A stretch of DNA of 54,328 bases from Candidatus Dormiibacterota bacterium (GCA_027306885.1 DAHUYV010000041.1:1-54328), one strand, 5' to 3'. Shown: positions 39,951 to 49,407, numbered from the stretch's first letter. The notes: a model not told the origin generated them from the sequence alone. A program made the numbers and translations.

Positions 39951-41390
39951 TCAGGCTCCGGAGACCGCGACCACTCCGCTGTTGGTGCCGACGTACAGGT
40001 CGGGCCCGATGAGGGTGGGGCTCACGAAGTGGGGCACCGAGCCCACCGCGACCGCGGCCCGGGTCGCCCCGCTGCCCTGATCCAGGGCGTACACGGTCCC
40101 GGTTGCGGTGTCGACGCTCCAGACGCAGCCTCCGCCCAGCACCGGCGGCCCGTTCGCCCCCGAGGAGGTTTGCCATCCGACCGACAAGGAGCCGGACGCA
40201 GCCACCGAGATCGACTCCACCCCGTTGGCGCAGGGCAGGAACACGGTGTCGCCGGAGACCGCCGTGCCCCCAAAGGCCATCTGCCCGCCGCAGGTGACGG
40301 CGCTGGCCACCTGGCCGCCAATTCCGCCAAGGCCGGACTGGCGGAGCACGTACCCCTCGCCTCCCTTGCCGGCGATGAAGACCAACCCACCCGGCAGGAG
40401 GGTCGGCGACACCGAGCCGAGGTCGAGATCATTGGCGTTCTCGTACGCCCAGCGGGCGGGGGCGAAGGCGGAGATCAGGGTGAGCGTCGGGGAGAACTCG
40501 AGCACCGAGTCGGTGTGATCCCAGGCGCCCGAGGTGGCGGCGCCGTTCCCGGTGGAGACGTACACGTCCCCTGAGGAGTCCACAACCGGCCCTCCGGTGG
40601 CCCAGACAGCTCCCTCACGGGAGGTGGGGACCACATATTGGAGGGTGGGGCCGTTGCCCCCGGTGGGGACTGCTAAGAGCGCCCCGCGGTACTGGGAGCA
40701 GTCCCCGTCCAGCCCCCCGAAGCCGATGTAGACGAAGCCGTTGGCCACCGCCAGCGCCGGGCGCTGCTGAACTGCGGCGGGATTCTCGGAAGGGATCTGG
40801 ATGTCCACCCGGCGTGACCACCGCACCGCACCGGTGAAGGGGTCCAGTCCGTATAGGACGTGCAGGAAGCCCTGTTGCTCAGCGACCGCGAAGACGGTCT
40901 GGGTCAGGGGATCGTAGGCCGGGGTGCCGGTGATGCCAAGGGGCAGGATGTCGCCGCAGGGGAGGCCCCCGGTGACCGGGGTCGCGAGGTGGCTCCGCCA
41001 GAGCACCGAACCGGTGGACGAGTTCAGGGCGTATAGGCTGTCGTTCTCGGTGGCGACCACGATCTCACCGCCGATGTCCAGGGGCTCGCCGTACACCGCG
41101 CCGTCCAGATGGGAGCGCCAAGCCACCGAGAGGGTGCCGGGGGCGGGGGTGTCGGGCGACACGCCGGTTCGCTGCGGGTTCTGGTGGTACACCGGCCAGA
41201 GGGCGGATACCAGCGGGCTCGCCAAGGGGGAGGGGAGGGGGGCCAGGGAAGCGCTGGGGCTGGGGGCCGCCGGATGGTGGACGGCGGGCTGCCCACAGGC
41301 GGTGATGAGGACTGCCAGCGCCACCGGACCGGCCAGCGTCGCACCTGCACGACCCGACGCCAGCGCTGTCAAGCGGGAACCGAGCTTCAC
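39951..41390 (-). CDS. PQQ-like beta-propeller repeat lipoprotein
   Basis: Lipobox ITAC, Pro-rich linker, repeated ALxxxTGxxxW blades, DLDLGS. Confidence 0.8.
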   Translation of the reverse strand: MKLGSRLTALASGRAGATLAGPVALAVLITACGQPAVHHPAAPSPSASLAPLPSPLASPLVSALWPVYHQNPQRTGVSPDTPAPGTLSVAWRSHLDGAVYGEPLDIGGEIVVATENDSLYALNSSTGSVLWRSHLATPVTGGLPCGDILPLGITGTPAYDPLTQTVFAVAEQQGFLHVLYGLDPFTGAVRWSRRVDIQIPSENPAAVQQRPALAVANGFVYIGFGGLDGDCSQYRGALLAVPTGGNGPTLQYVVPTSREGAVWATGGPVVDSSGDVYVSTGNGAATSGAWDHTDSVLEFSPTLTLISAFAPARWAYENANDLDLGSVSPTLLPGGLVFIAGKGGEGYVLRQSGLGGIGGQVASAVTCGGQMAFGGTAVSGDTVFLPCANGVESISVAASGSLSVGWQTSSGANGPPVLGGGCVWSVDTATGTVYALDQGSGATRAAVAVGSVPHFVSPTLIGPDLYVGTNSGVVAVSGA

Positions 41391-41466
41391 CAGGCCCAGT
41401 GTAGGCGTGGGCCGCGAGCGGCTCGGAGGGGCTGGGCGGGCCGGGTACAATGCCCCAGGGGAGCTG

Positions 41467-41540
41467 GGCGACTTAGCCAAGTGGTAAGGCAGCGGTCTGC
41501 AAAACCGCGATCCCGGGTTCAATTCCCGGAGTCGCCTCCA
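41467..41540 (+). tRNA. tRNA-Cys(GCA)
   Basis: Acceptor ggcgact/agtcgcc, U discriminator + CCA, anticodon arm gcggt-ct GCA aa-accgc, T-arm ccggg-ttcaatt-cccgg. Confidence 0.95.
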
Positions 41541-41599
41541 GCAGATTTGAGATCAGGAAGGCCCATCTGGGGCTCTGGTCAGCATGTGTTTTCCGGTCA

Positions 41600-41621
41600 T
41601 GACAGCTACCTTGACAGCAAC
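41600..41621 (+). repeat. Tandem 10-bp direct repeat TGACAGC(T/A)AC, putative integrase arm-type sites
   Basis: tgacagctac (41600-41609) and tgacagcaac (41612-41621) between the tRNA and the integrase stop. Confidence 0.65.
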
Positions 41622-41626
41622 GTGGC

Positions 41627-42784
41627 TCAGCGACTGCCCACCGAGTCACCATCATCCTTCGGTCCCAGGAGCTCCTCGATGGCCCGGGCCGCCTCTTGGT
41701 GCATCGCCTCGGTGCTGTGCGAGTAGAGATCGAGGGTGATCCCCACCGTGGCATGGCCGAGCAGATCGGCTGCCACCTTCGGGTGGACCCCTTGGCTGAG
41801 CATCAGCGTCGCCGCCGTGTGCCGGAGGTCGTGGAAGCGGATTCGGGGAAGGCCGGCTCGAACCAGCAGGGGGTCGAAATTGCGTTTCACCACGTGGTCA
41901 CGCTGGAGGGGCCCGCCCACCACGTTGGTGAACACCAGGTCGGACTCCCGCCACTGGTCTCCGGCCATCTCTCGCTCATGCCTCTGCGCCCTCCGGTGCT
42001 GCTGGAGGGCGGAGACAGCGATGGGTGTAAGGATTACCTGGCGGCGCGATCGAAGGGTCTTCGGCTCGGTGATCGTGAGGCCGGCTCCCCGAATCCGCTG
42101 GAGGCTGCAGGTCACGGCCAGCCTCCCTGTGTCAAGATCCACCTCTCGCCAGTGGAGTCCCAACAGTTCGCCTTGGCGCATGCCCGTGGTCACCGCGAGC
42201 ACCCACACCGCCTCGAGGCGGTCCCCGCGTGCCGTCGCCAGCAGGTTGCGAACTTGTGCTGGGCTGAAGGTCTGCATCTCATGGCGCACCATCCGTGGTG
42301 GGTCAACCAACGCCGCTGGGTTCCGGGCGATGACTCCCCACCGCTCAGCCTGGGCTAATGCCCTGTGAAGGACCGCGTGGAGGTGACTCACGGTGGTGGG
42401 GGACAGCCCCTTCTGGAGGGCTTCTGTAAAGCAGAGCTGGATACGTTCAGGGCCGAGTTGGGCGACCTGGACCCGCCCGAGTGTGGGTAGCGCATGGAGG
42501 CGGATGAGTTCCTCATAACGTTGCCAGGTTCGAGGCCGAAGCTGGGGCCTGACGGTTTCCAGCCATTCCAGGAGATAGGCCTGGGTGGTCCCCGCCAAGC
42601 GGGGAGCACGGTCCCCGTGATCTTGAGACTGGAGCAGTTCTCGAAGCTTGCGAGAGGCCTCCGTTCGGGTCCGGGTATATCGGAACTGGCGGCGGCCATT
42701 GGGCCAAGCGACCTGGGCGACCCAGCGTCCGTCGGACCGCTGGTAGACCGAGCCTTCCCCGTTGGCACGCTTGTGACCAGGCAT
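41627..42784 (-). CDS. Tyrosine recombinase/integrase (phage/ICE type)
   Basis: RANGEGSVYQR arm-binding N-terminus; catalytic R (GMRQGE), K (PKT), HDLRH, LGH, Y (DLYSH) all present. Confidence 0.95.
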   Translation of the reverse strand: MPGHKRANGEGSVYQRSDGRWVAQVAWPNGRRQFRYTRTRTEASRKLRELLQSQDHGDRAPRLAGTTQAYLLEWLETVRPQLRPRTWQRYEELIRLHALPTLGRVQVAQLGPERIQLCFTEALQKGLSPTTVSHLHAVLHRALAQAERWGVIARNPAALVDPPRMVRHEMQTFSPAQVRNLLATARGDRLEAVWVLAVTTGMRQGELLGLHWREVDLDTGRLAVTCSLQRIRGAGLTITEPKTLRSRRQVILTPIAVSALQQHRRAQRHEREMAGDQWRESDLVFTNVVGGPLQRDHVVKRNFDPLLVRAGLPRIRFHDLRHTAATLMLSQGVHPKVAADLLGHATVGITLDLYSHSTEAMHQEAARAIEELLGPKDDGDSVGSR

Positions 42785-42927
42785 CCTCAAGAGAGTAGAT
42801 CACAGATGCGGCCGTGCGGCCGTGCGGCCCGCAGCCCACAAGGTCGACCGGCATGGCACCACAGCCAGCGGCGACGTCGTCAGCCGATCGATGGCGCTTC
42901 GTGTACCCATCAGAATCGAGATCGCAT

Positions 42928-43320
42928 GGCGGCAGCGGTGGCTACATCACCGGCTGCGCCGAGGTCCTCAAGCCGCGGTGGCCAGGACTCAAGGTCTACG
43001 CGGTGGAGCCGACACTCTCCCCGGTCCTCTCCGGCGGGACTCACGGGAACCACCCGATTTAGGTGTGAGGGGCGGGCTTCATCCCGGGAGTCATGCGCCC
43101 GGACCTGCCGGACCGAATCATCCAGGTGGCCCCGGAGGACGCCTTCGCCTACGCCGAGCGGTCAGCGCGCGAGGAGGGAATCCTGGTCGGGGTCTCGTCC
43201 GGCGCGTCGCTGACCGCTGTCGCCTCGCTGGTGCCGGAGATGGCTGATGGCGTCCGGGTCCTCACCTTCGCCTACGACAGTGCCGAGCGATACCTCCCGG
43301 TCGAGGCCCTGGTTGGGTGA
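42928..43320 (+). pseudogene. Cysteine synthase (CysK family) C-terminal remnant
   Basis: GSGGYITG...[16 protein letters not shown](TAG 43060-43062), then a frameshift to GAGFIP...AREEGILVGVSSGA...DSAERYL; N-terminal half with the PLP Lys is missing. Confidence 0.85.
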
Positions 43321-43629
43321 GGTAGAGGCGCGGCCCCTCCTCCAGAGTGCAACCCCTGCCTTGCGCGGCCAGCCCATCAGCAGCCCGCCTTCCAGCGGCT
43401 CCAGAGGACTTGGTAGAAGGCGCGCACCGGAAATTGAGCGGACCCGGAGCCCAGGGGGCCAGGATCCTGGCTGGTGGCACCTCCGGGCGATCAAACGGTG
43501 ATCGGCGGCCCCGTGTCCGCCGGTCCATCCGGACCTTGGTCGTGCCGCTCGGCAGCCTCGGGGTCTGCCCTCGCCCGGGCCCACTCCTGGCCCACGGACA
43601 GTTGCTCGCGGCGGCACACGACCGAGTCG

Positions 43630-43912
43630 GGGGACAGCAGCAGCTCCAAATACCGGCCGAGTTGATCGTGACCAATCTCGCACCGCGAGCATAGCGCCCG
43701 CGGACGACGGCCAGTGGCTCCTCCTGCGGCGCGGCCGGGGGTTAGCCTTGCACGATCCGGGCCGCTCGCGGCGGACCCCCGCCGTCTCCGGACCGGAATC
43801 CGAGGGCCCGGATCAACGTCCAGGCCACAAATGCGAAGCCGCGGAACATGGCCAGGGGCATCAGGACCGTGAGCGGCCACCGCCAGGAACCCGGCTCGGA
43901 GCCCCACATCAT
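43630..43912 (-). pseudogene. Degraded SHOCT-domain membrane protein
   Basis: MMWG...TM segment, premature stop, then GRYARG / frameshift / EIGHDQ (RYARGEI SHOCT motif). Confidence 0.5.
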
Positions 43913-44113
43913 GACCGCAGCCCCCCATTCACCGCCCACCCGACCTTCCCCGGCGCGCCATGTCGGTGGCCGCCGAGCCCTGGCGCCATGCCCGCGGCAT
44001 CGCCACCGGCAGTCACCGCGAACTCCTGCTTCGATCACCTGATCGTCCTCGTCCGACGGCCGCCCAGGACCCGGTTGCGAGCTACACCGGCACGGTAGTA
44101 TCATCCAAAGATC

Positions 44114-44815
44114 GTGCGACCATTAGCTCATATCTGTCAGGCGCCCGACGACCTGGAACGATCCCTCTACGAGCAGTACGCGCGCGTGGCCAGGGCGATG
44201 GCGCACCCTGGCCGCGTCGCCCTGCTGGATGTCCTGTGCCAGGCGGAGCGCGGGGTCGAGGATCTTGCCTCCACGGTGGGCATGGGCTTCAAGAACACCT
44301 CGGCCCAGTTGCGGGAGCTGCGATTGGCGGGGCTGGTGGAGGCCCGGCGGCAGGGCACCCACGTCTACTACCGCGTCGCGGATGAGTCGGTGTACGGCTT
44401 CCTCGCCGGCTTGCGGCAGCTGGCTCGCCGTCGCTTGGCCGAGGTGGACCGGCTGGTCCGAGACTGGATCGAGCCGACCGGCGGCCCGGAGCCGGTGCGC
44501 CGGGCGGAATTGCTGGAGCGCCTGGCAAGGGAGGAGGTGGTCGTGTTCGACGTGCGCCCGCGGGAGGAATACCGGGCCGGCCACATCCCCGGTGCCCGCT
44601 ATGTGCCCCTGGAGGAGCTCGACGCCGGGTTGGCCGGGCTGCCGGACGATGTGGAGGTGGTGGCCTACTGCCGTGGTCCGTTCTGCGTCCTGGCGCCGGA
44701 GGCGGTCAGGGCGTGCCGAGCGCGCGGGCGGCGCGCCAGACAGCTGGAGGACGGTTTCCCAGAGTGGCGCTCGGCTGGACTCCCGGTCGCCATCGGCGCG
44801 GAGGCGGCGGCGTGA
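44114..44815 (+). CDS. ArsR/SmtB family regulator fused to a rhodanese domain
   Basis: LYEQYARVARAMAHPGR HTH, SAQLRELRLAGLV, DVRPREEYRAGHIPGA, active loop CRGPFC, LEDGFPEW. Confidence 0.92.
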   Translation: MRPLAHICQAPDDLERSLYEQYARVARAMAHPGRVALLDVLCQAERGVEDLASTVGMGFKNTSAQLRELRLAGLVEARRQGTHVYYRVADESVYGFLAGLRQLARRRLAEVDRLVRDWIEPTGGPEPVRRAELLERLAREEVVVFDVRPREEYRAGHIPGARYVPLEELDAGLAGLPDDVEVVAYCRGPFCVLAPEAVRACRARGRRARQLEDGFPEWRSAGLPVAIGAEAAA

Positions 44816-45165
44816 CCCGGGTGCTGGTGATCTTGAACGATCCCCCATACGGGAGTGAGCGGTCCTGGAACGGACTTCGACTGGCCGGGGAGCTCGCCCG
44901 CACGGAAGGAGTCGAGGTCAAGGTCTTCTGTTTCGGCGACGCCGTCGGTTGCGCGGTGGCCGGGCAGGTGGTCCCCGACGGCTGGTACCACCTCGACCGA
45001 ATGGTCACGGGGATACTCCACCACGGCTCCGAGGTGGGCTGTTGCGGGACCTGCATGGATGCCCGGGCGGTTGGCGCGGATGCGCTGGTCGAGGGGGTCT
45101 GTCGGGCGACCCTGAAGGAGGCGTCCGAGTGGGTGATCTGGGCCGACAGAGTCGTCACCTTCTGA
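44812..45165 (+). CDS. DsrE/YchN family sulfur-relay protein
   Basis: PPYGSERSWNGLRLA, DAV, CCGTCMDAR, WADRVVTF; GTGA overlap with the regulator. Confidence 0.88.
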   Translation: MTRVLVILNDPPYGSERSWNGLRLAGELARTEGVEVKVFCFGDAVGCAVAGQVVPDGWYHLDRMVTGILHHGSEVGCCGTCMDARAVGADALVEGVCRATLKEASEWVIWADRVVTF

Positions 45166-45223
45166 TGACCGCGGTTCCCTCCGGGCACCCTCCGAAGGCC
45201 TCAAGCGGTCGCAGGCGGGCGTA

Positions 45224-46438
45224 GTGGCAGTCCGGGTTCTGATCCTGGGCGGGTCGTTCGGAGGCCTCACCGCTGCCCGCGAGTTGCGGCGGCGACTGGG
45301 GCCGGAGCGGGTGGAGATCACCCTCATCGCCCGCGACCCGCGCTTCACCTTCATCCCCTCGCTTCCTTGGGTTGCGCTTGGGTCCCGCACCCTGGACCAG
45401 ATCTCCTTCGACCTTGCCAGACCACTACTGGCGGAGCAGAGCACGTTCGCTCACGAGACAGTGCTAGGCATCGATGGCGATCGCAAGGTTGTGTCCACCG
45501 ACCGGGCCGAGCACGCCTACGACTTCTTGGTGGTGGCCACCGGACACCGCAGCGCCAACGAGGCTGTGCCCGGTCTTGGCCCCGGCGACGGCCCCGGTCA
45601 CTCCCCCATGTCCCCACCAGAGACCGAGGAGTTGGCGGCGGCGGTGCGCGGACTCCTGGAGAACCCCGGGCCGGTCGTGGTCGGGGCGGCGCCCGGCGCC
45701 AGCTGCATCGGGCCCGCCTACGAGCTCGCCTTCGGGCTGGACCACCTGCTGCGGCGCCGGAGGCTGCGCCACCTGGTCCCGATCACGTTCGTCACCCCGG
45801 AGCCTTTCCTCGGACACCTCGGCATGGGCGGCGCCGGCAAGATCCGTCAGCTGCTGGAAGGCGCGCTGGAGGAGCGGGACATCGCGTACCGCACCTCCAG
45901 CGCGATCACCAGGATCTCCGCGGCTGCGGTCGAAGTCGAGGGAGTCGGTCCGATCCCCTCGGTCGTCTCGATCGTGATCCCACCCCTCGGAGGGGTGGCT
46001 GCGGTGGCCAGCAGCCCCGGACTGGCAAACCCCAAAGGGTTCGTGGCCGTGGATTCCCTCTACCGCCACCCGCGCCTCGACGGCGTCTACGCGGTGGGAG
46101 TGGCAGTGGCCATGGCGCCCGCCGACGAGACCACCGTTCCGGTCAACTTCCCCAAGACGGGCCACATGACCGAGCAGATGGCGGTGATCGCCGCCCGGGA
46201 CATCGTGGCCCGGGTGGGCGGCCGTGACGGCAAGCCCGCCGAGCTGTCCTCCCACTGTGTCATGGACATGGGCGATCGCGGCGTCTACATGGCAGTCGAC
46301 CCGGTGCGCCCTCCCCGGAACCGGATCCCGGCCGTCAGTGAGGGACGCCGCTGGCGGCTGGTCAAGCTCGGCTTCGAGCGTGCCTACCTCTGGTCCGCCC
46401 GCCACGGTCATCGCCTGCCGACCGCCCTCGGCTGGTGA
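45224..46438 (+). CDS. sqr: Sulfide:quinone oxidoreductase
   Basis: ILGGSFGG FAD motif, FTFIPSLPW, GASCIGPAYE, PEPFLGHLG, PKTGHMTE, CVMDMG, KLGFERAYL membrane helix. Confidence 0.85.
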   Translation: MAVRVLILGGSFGGLTAARELRRRLGPERVEITLIARDPRFTFIPSLPWVALGSRTLDQISFDLARPLLAEQSTFAHETVLGIDGDRKVVSTDRAEHAYDFLVVATGHRSANEAVPGLGPGDGPGHSPMSPPETEELAAAVRGLLENPGPVVVGAAPGASCIGPAYELAFGLDHLLRRRRLRHLVPITFVTPEPFLGHLGMGGAGKIRQLLEGALEERDIAYRTSSAITRISAAAVEVEGVGPIPSVVSIVIPPLGGVAAVASSPGLANPKGFVAVDSLYRHPRLDGVYAVGVAVAMAPADETTVPVNFPKTGHMTEQMAVIAARDIVARVGGRDGKPAELSSHCVMDMGDRGVYMAVDPVRPPRNRIPAVSEGRRWRLVKLGFERAYLWSARHGHRLPTALGW

Positions 46439-46592
46439 AGCCAGCGCCCCCCCGGTCACTCGCCATGCTTGAGATGACCGCCCCGGCTGATCCTCCTGGG
46501 GGCAGAGGGGTCCGCGTCCCTCGAGCCGCTGGTGGGCGCTCGGAGCCGCGGCGCAGGGTTGGCGGCCGCTGGGGATCGGGAGCAGAAGGCAG

Positions 46593-47936
46593 TTGAGTTC
46601 CGCCACCTCGCCCGGTTCGCTGGTTCCGTTGGCTCAAGGCGCCACGGTCCACGGCCTTCGCCGGAACTTGGTTCAGTTGAGCCTGCTGGCCCTGCTCACC
46701 CTGTTGGTCGGCGCCACCATGGGGGTGGAGCGGGTGGCGCTGCCGCCGCTGGCCCAGCACGCGTTCGGGGTCACCTCGGTTCTCTACACCGTGTCCTTCA
46801 TCTCCGCTTTCGGGGTCGTGAAGGCCACCATGAACCTCGTCTCCGGGCGGATGTCTGACCGCCGCGGCCGCAGGCTGCTGCTCCTGGCGGGCTGGGCCTT
46901 CGCCGTCCCCTATGCGTTGCTCATCATCTTCGCCCAGAACTGGGCGTGGGTCGTGGTGGCCAACCTGTTCCTCGGGGTCAACCAGGCGCTCACCTGGACC
47001 ATGGCGGTGACCTCCATGATCGACCTGGTCGGCCCGGTGAACCGGGGGATCGCGGTGGGGATCAACGAAGCGGCCGGGTACGTCGGGGTCGGCGCCGGAG
47101 GCTTCGCCGCCGGGGTTCTGGTGACGTCATTCGGGCTGCGGCCGGCCCCTTACGTCCTCGCCTTGGCGGTGGTCGTCCTGGGAGCCACCCTGACGGTCTG
47201 GCCGACTCGGGAGACCCTGGGCTTCGCCCGGGCGGAGGGGGCCGCGGCCTTAGGGGAGCCCAACCAAGGGGTGGGCTCGGCACCGGCACCCGGACTGGGA
47301 ACGCTGGCCGCATACATGAGCTGGCGGGATCGCACCATGGCAGCGGTCTGCCTCGGGGGCTTCCTCAACAAGTTCGTTGACAGCCTGGTGATCGGCTTCT
47401 TCCCCCTGTACTTCCTGCAGCAGGGCCTCTCCCTGCTCCAGGTCGGCCTGCTGGTCGGTGTGTACGCCTGGGTCTGGGGCCTGGGGCAGGTCGCCACCGG
47501 GGCCCTCGCCGACCGCGTGGGCCGGCGGATCCCGATCTTGTCGGGGATCTGCGCGGTTGGGGTCGGGGTGCTGCTGACCCAGTTCACCTCCGGCCTTGGA
47601 CCGTGGGTGGCGGATGCGGCCGTCATCGGAGCCGGCATGGCACTCGTCTATCCCAACTTCATCACGGCTGTGGGCGACGTGGCCGACCCCACCTGGCGTG
47701 GCGGCGCGCTCGGGGTCTACCGCCTGTGGCGCGACGGTGGCTACGCGGTCGGGCCGCTGGTCCTGGGCGGCGTGGCCGAGGTCTTCGGCCTCTCCGCCAC
47801 CTTCTGGACCAGCGCCGGGCTGATGGGCGTTTCCGGCGTGCTGGTGATGATATTCATGACAGAGACACATCCGCGCCGTCGTCCAGAGCCGCCTCTCTGG
47901 GAGCGGCACCCAGAGAGGATAGGCGGACGACAGTGA
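46593..47936 (+). CDS. MFS transporter
   Basis: 12-TM pattern, GRMSDRRGRR and GALADRVGRR motif A, GVYRLWRDGG. Confidence 0.9.
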   Translation: MSSATSPGSLVPLAQGATVHGLRRNLVQLSLLALLTLLVGATMGVERVALPPLAQHAFGVTSVLYTVSFISAFGVVKATMNLVSGRMSDRRGRRLLLLAGWAFAVPYALLIIFAQNWAWVVVANLFLGVNQALTWTMAVTSMIDLVGPVNRGIAVGINEAAGYVGVGAGGFAAGVLVTSFGLRPAPYVLALAVVVLGATLTVWPTRETLGFARAEGAAALGEPNQGVGSAPAPGLGTLAAYMSWRDRTMAAVCLGGFLNKFVDSLVIGFFPLYFLQQGLSLLQVGLLVGVYAWVWGLGQVATGALADRVGRRIPILSGICAVGVGVLLTQFTSGLGPWVADAAVIGAGMALVYPNFITAVGDVADPTWRGGALGVYRLWRDGGYAVGPLVLGGVAEVFGLSATFWTSAGLMGVSGVLVMIFMTETHPRRRPEPPLWERHPERIGGRQ

Positions 47937-48117
47937 CCCTCGGGGATCCCCTCGACACGAAGGCGGGAGGTCCCTGCTGCGCGCTCCGGCAGTGCAGGCG
48001 AGCGCTGCATCCGCCGTAGGCCTCCCCCGAGGCAACGTAGAGAACCAGCCGCCAATCGAGTGGCCGGTAGTCGCGATACGAGCGCGAAACATGTGTAACG
48101 AACTGAGGAGAGCGATC

Positions 48118-48318
48118 ATGAAGTGTATGCCCGATGCCGAGGCCGGCATCGACAAGGACGCCGTGGCCACCTGCCATGATTGCGGTGCGGGCGTGTGCCT
48201 CGAGCACGCGGTGCAACGCCAGATAACGGAGCCACCGGTCGGCATGGCTGGATCAGGACGGTCGCACATGGTGATCTTGTGCCCAACCTGCCATTCAGCG
48301 TGGCCACTCCCCGAGTAG
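48118..48318 (+). CDS. Small Cys-rich protein, DUF2180-like
   Basis: GAGGAG RBS; MKC...DAVATCHDCGAGVCLEHA...ILCPTC. Confidence 0.75.
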   Translation: MKCMPDAEAGIDKDAVATCHDCGAGVCLEHAVQRQITEPPVGMAGSGRSHMVILCPTCHSAWPLPE

Positions 48319-48330
48319 TCAATGTCCGTG

Positions 48331-48370
48331 GCGGGCGCTGGGTCGTAACGGTGAAGGACCCAGTGCCCGC
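48331..48370 (+). terminator. 14-bp hairpin after the DUF2180-like gene
   Basis: gcgggcgctgggtc ... gacccagtgcccgc (one G-U pair), followed by tctat. Confidence 0.55.
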
Positions 48371-48709
48371 TCTATCCCAGCTCCCATCTGCAGCGCGGTG
48401 AGAGCGGTTGTGGACGGCCATGAGACTCCCTGGCCAGCGGAGGGCCAGTCGGCCGCCCGGTGCCGGCCGCGGGACCGGGGTGGGTGTGGGCGGTACCCCC
48501 TGGGCGCGTTGTGGACCCGGCGGTGCCGGTGAGGCCCACGCCCCGTGATCTCCATTTGAGGTACCCTTCCCGCGCCGTAGCACTCATATCCGGGAGTGTG
48601 TGGTCAGCGACTCGCCCCGGAGGGCCAACGCATTCTCCCTACCGCCACGGTGGTGCCCGAAACCGAGAGCTGAGGGTAAAGAGGGGCGCGCTGGGCCACA
48701 GGAGGAACG

Positions 48710-49306
48710 ATGCCAGAACGGGAGCTTGAGTTGGACGCGAAGCACACGGCTCTGGTCGTGATCGACCTCCAGAGGGGGATCGTGGGGATGCCCGCGGCAC
48801 CGTACGACACCGCCTCAGTGGTCGCCAAAGCAGCCGCGCTCGCAGAGTCTTGCCGAGCCAGGGGAGCCTTCGTGGTTCTCGTCCATGTGGGCCCATCCGC
48901 AGACGTTCGGGACGGGCTGCGCCCGGTGGTCGATCAACCGGCGGCGTGGCAAATCCCGCCTCCAGGGTGGGATCAGATCGTGCCGGAGCTCGGGCCCAGG
49001 GATGGCGACCACGTTGTGCGGAAGCGACAGTGGGGCGCCTTCTACGGCACCGACCTTGACCTGCAGCTCCGGCGGCGCCGGATCACCACCATCATCCTCT
49101 GCGGCATCTCGACGAACTTCGGCGTGGAGAGCACCGCTCGCGACGCCTACGAGCGTGGCTACCAGCAGGTCTTCGTCGAGGACGCCTGTTCGGCGCGAGC
49201 GGCCGACGACCATGCCTTTGTCTTCCGGGCGGTCTTCCCTCGCATCGGACGTGTCCGCCAGGCGGAGGAAGTGATGAGAGCGCTGGCGGGGCCGATGTCG
49301 TCCTGA
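48710..49306 (+). CDS. Isochorismatase/cysteine hydrolase family protein (YecD-like)
   Basis: ALVVIDLQ, KRQWGAFYGTDLD, GISTNFGVESTAR; AGGAGG RBS. Confidence 0.9.
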   Translation: MPERELELDAKHTALVVIDLQRGIVGMPAAPYDTASVVAKAAALAESCRARGAFVVLVHVGPSADVRDGLRPVVDQPAAWQIPPPGWDQIVPELGPRDGDHVVRKRQWGAFYGTDLDLQLRRRRITTIILCGISTNFGVESTARDAYERGYQQVFVEDACSARAADDHAFVFRAVFPRIGRVRQAEEVMRALAGPMSS

Positions 49307-49407
49307 AGGCTGGGGAGGCCAAGGACCGCCCCCGCCCAGTTACTTGCGGACAGTTGCGGCGGAGACGCAGCGGGTGGGCGCAACGTCCCACCCCGCCACT
49401 CGACCGG

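Noticed and set aside
43060-43062. In-frame TAG in cysK as pyrrolysine or readthrough recoding
   Set aside because: Accompanied by a frameshift and loss of the N-terminal half; simple pseudogenisation explains it
47938-48032. Potential structured RNA between the MFS and DUF2180-like genes
   Set aside because: Only short GC-rich helices with competing pairings; not distinguishable by eye from chance folding
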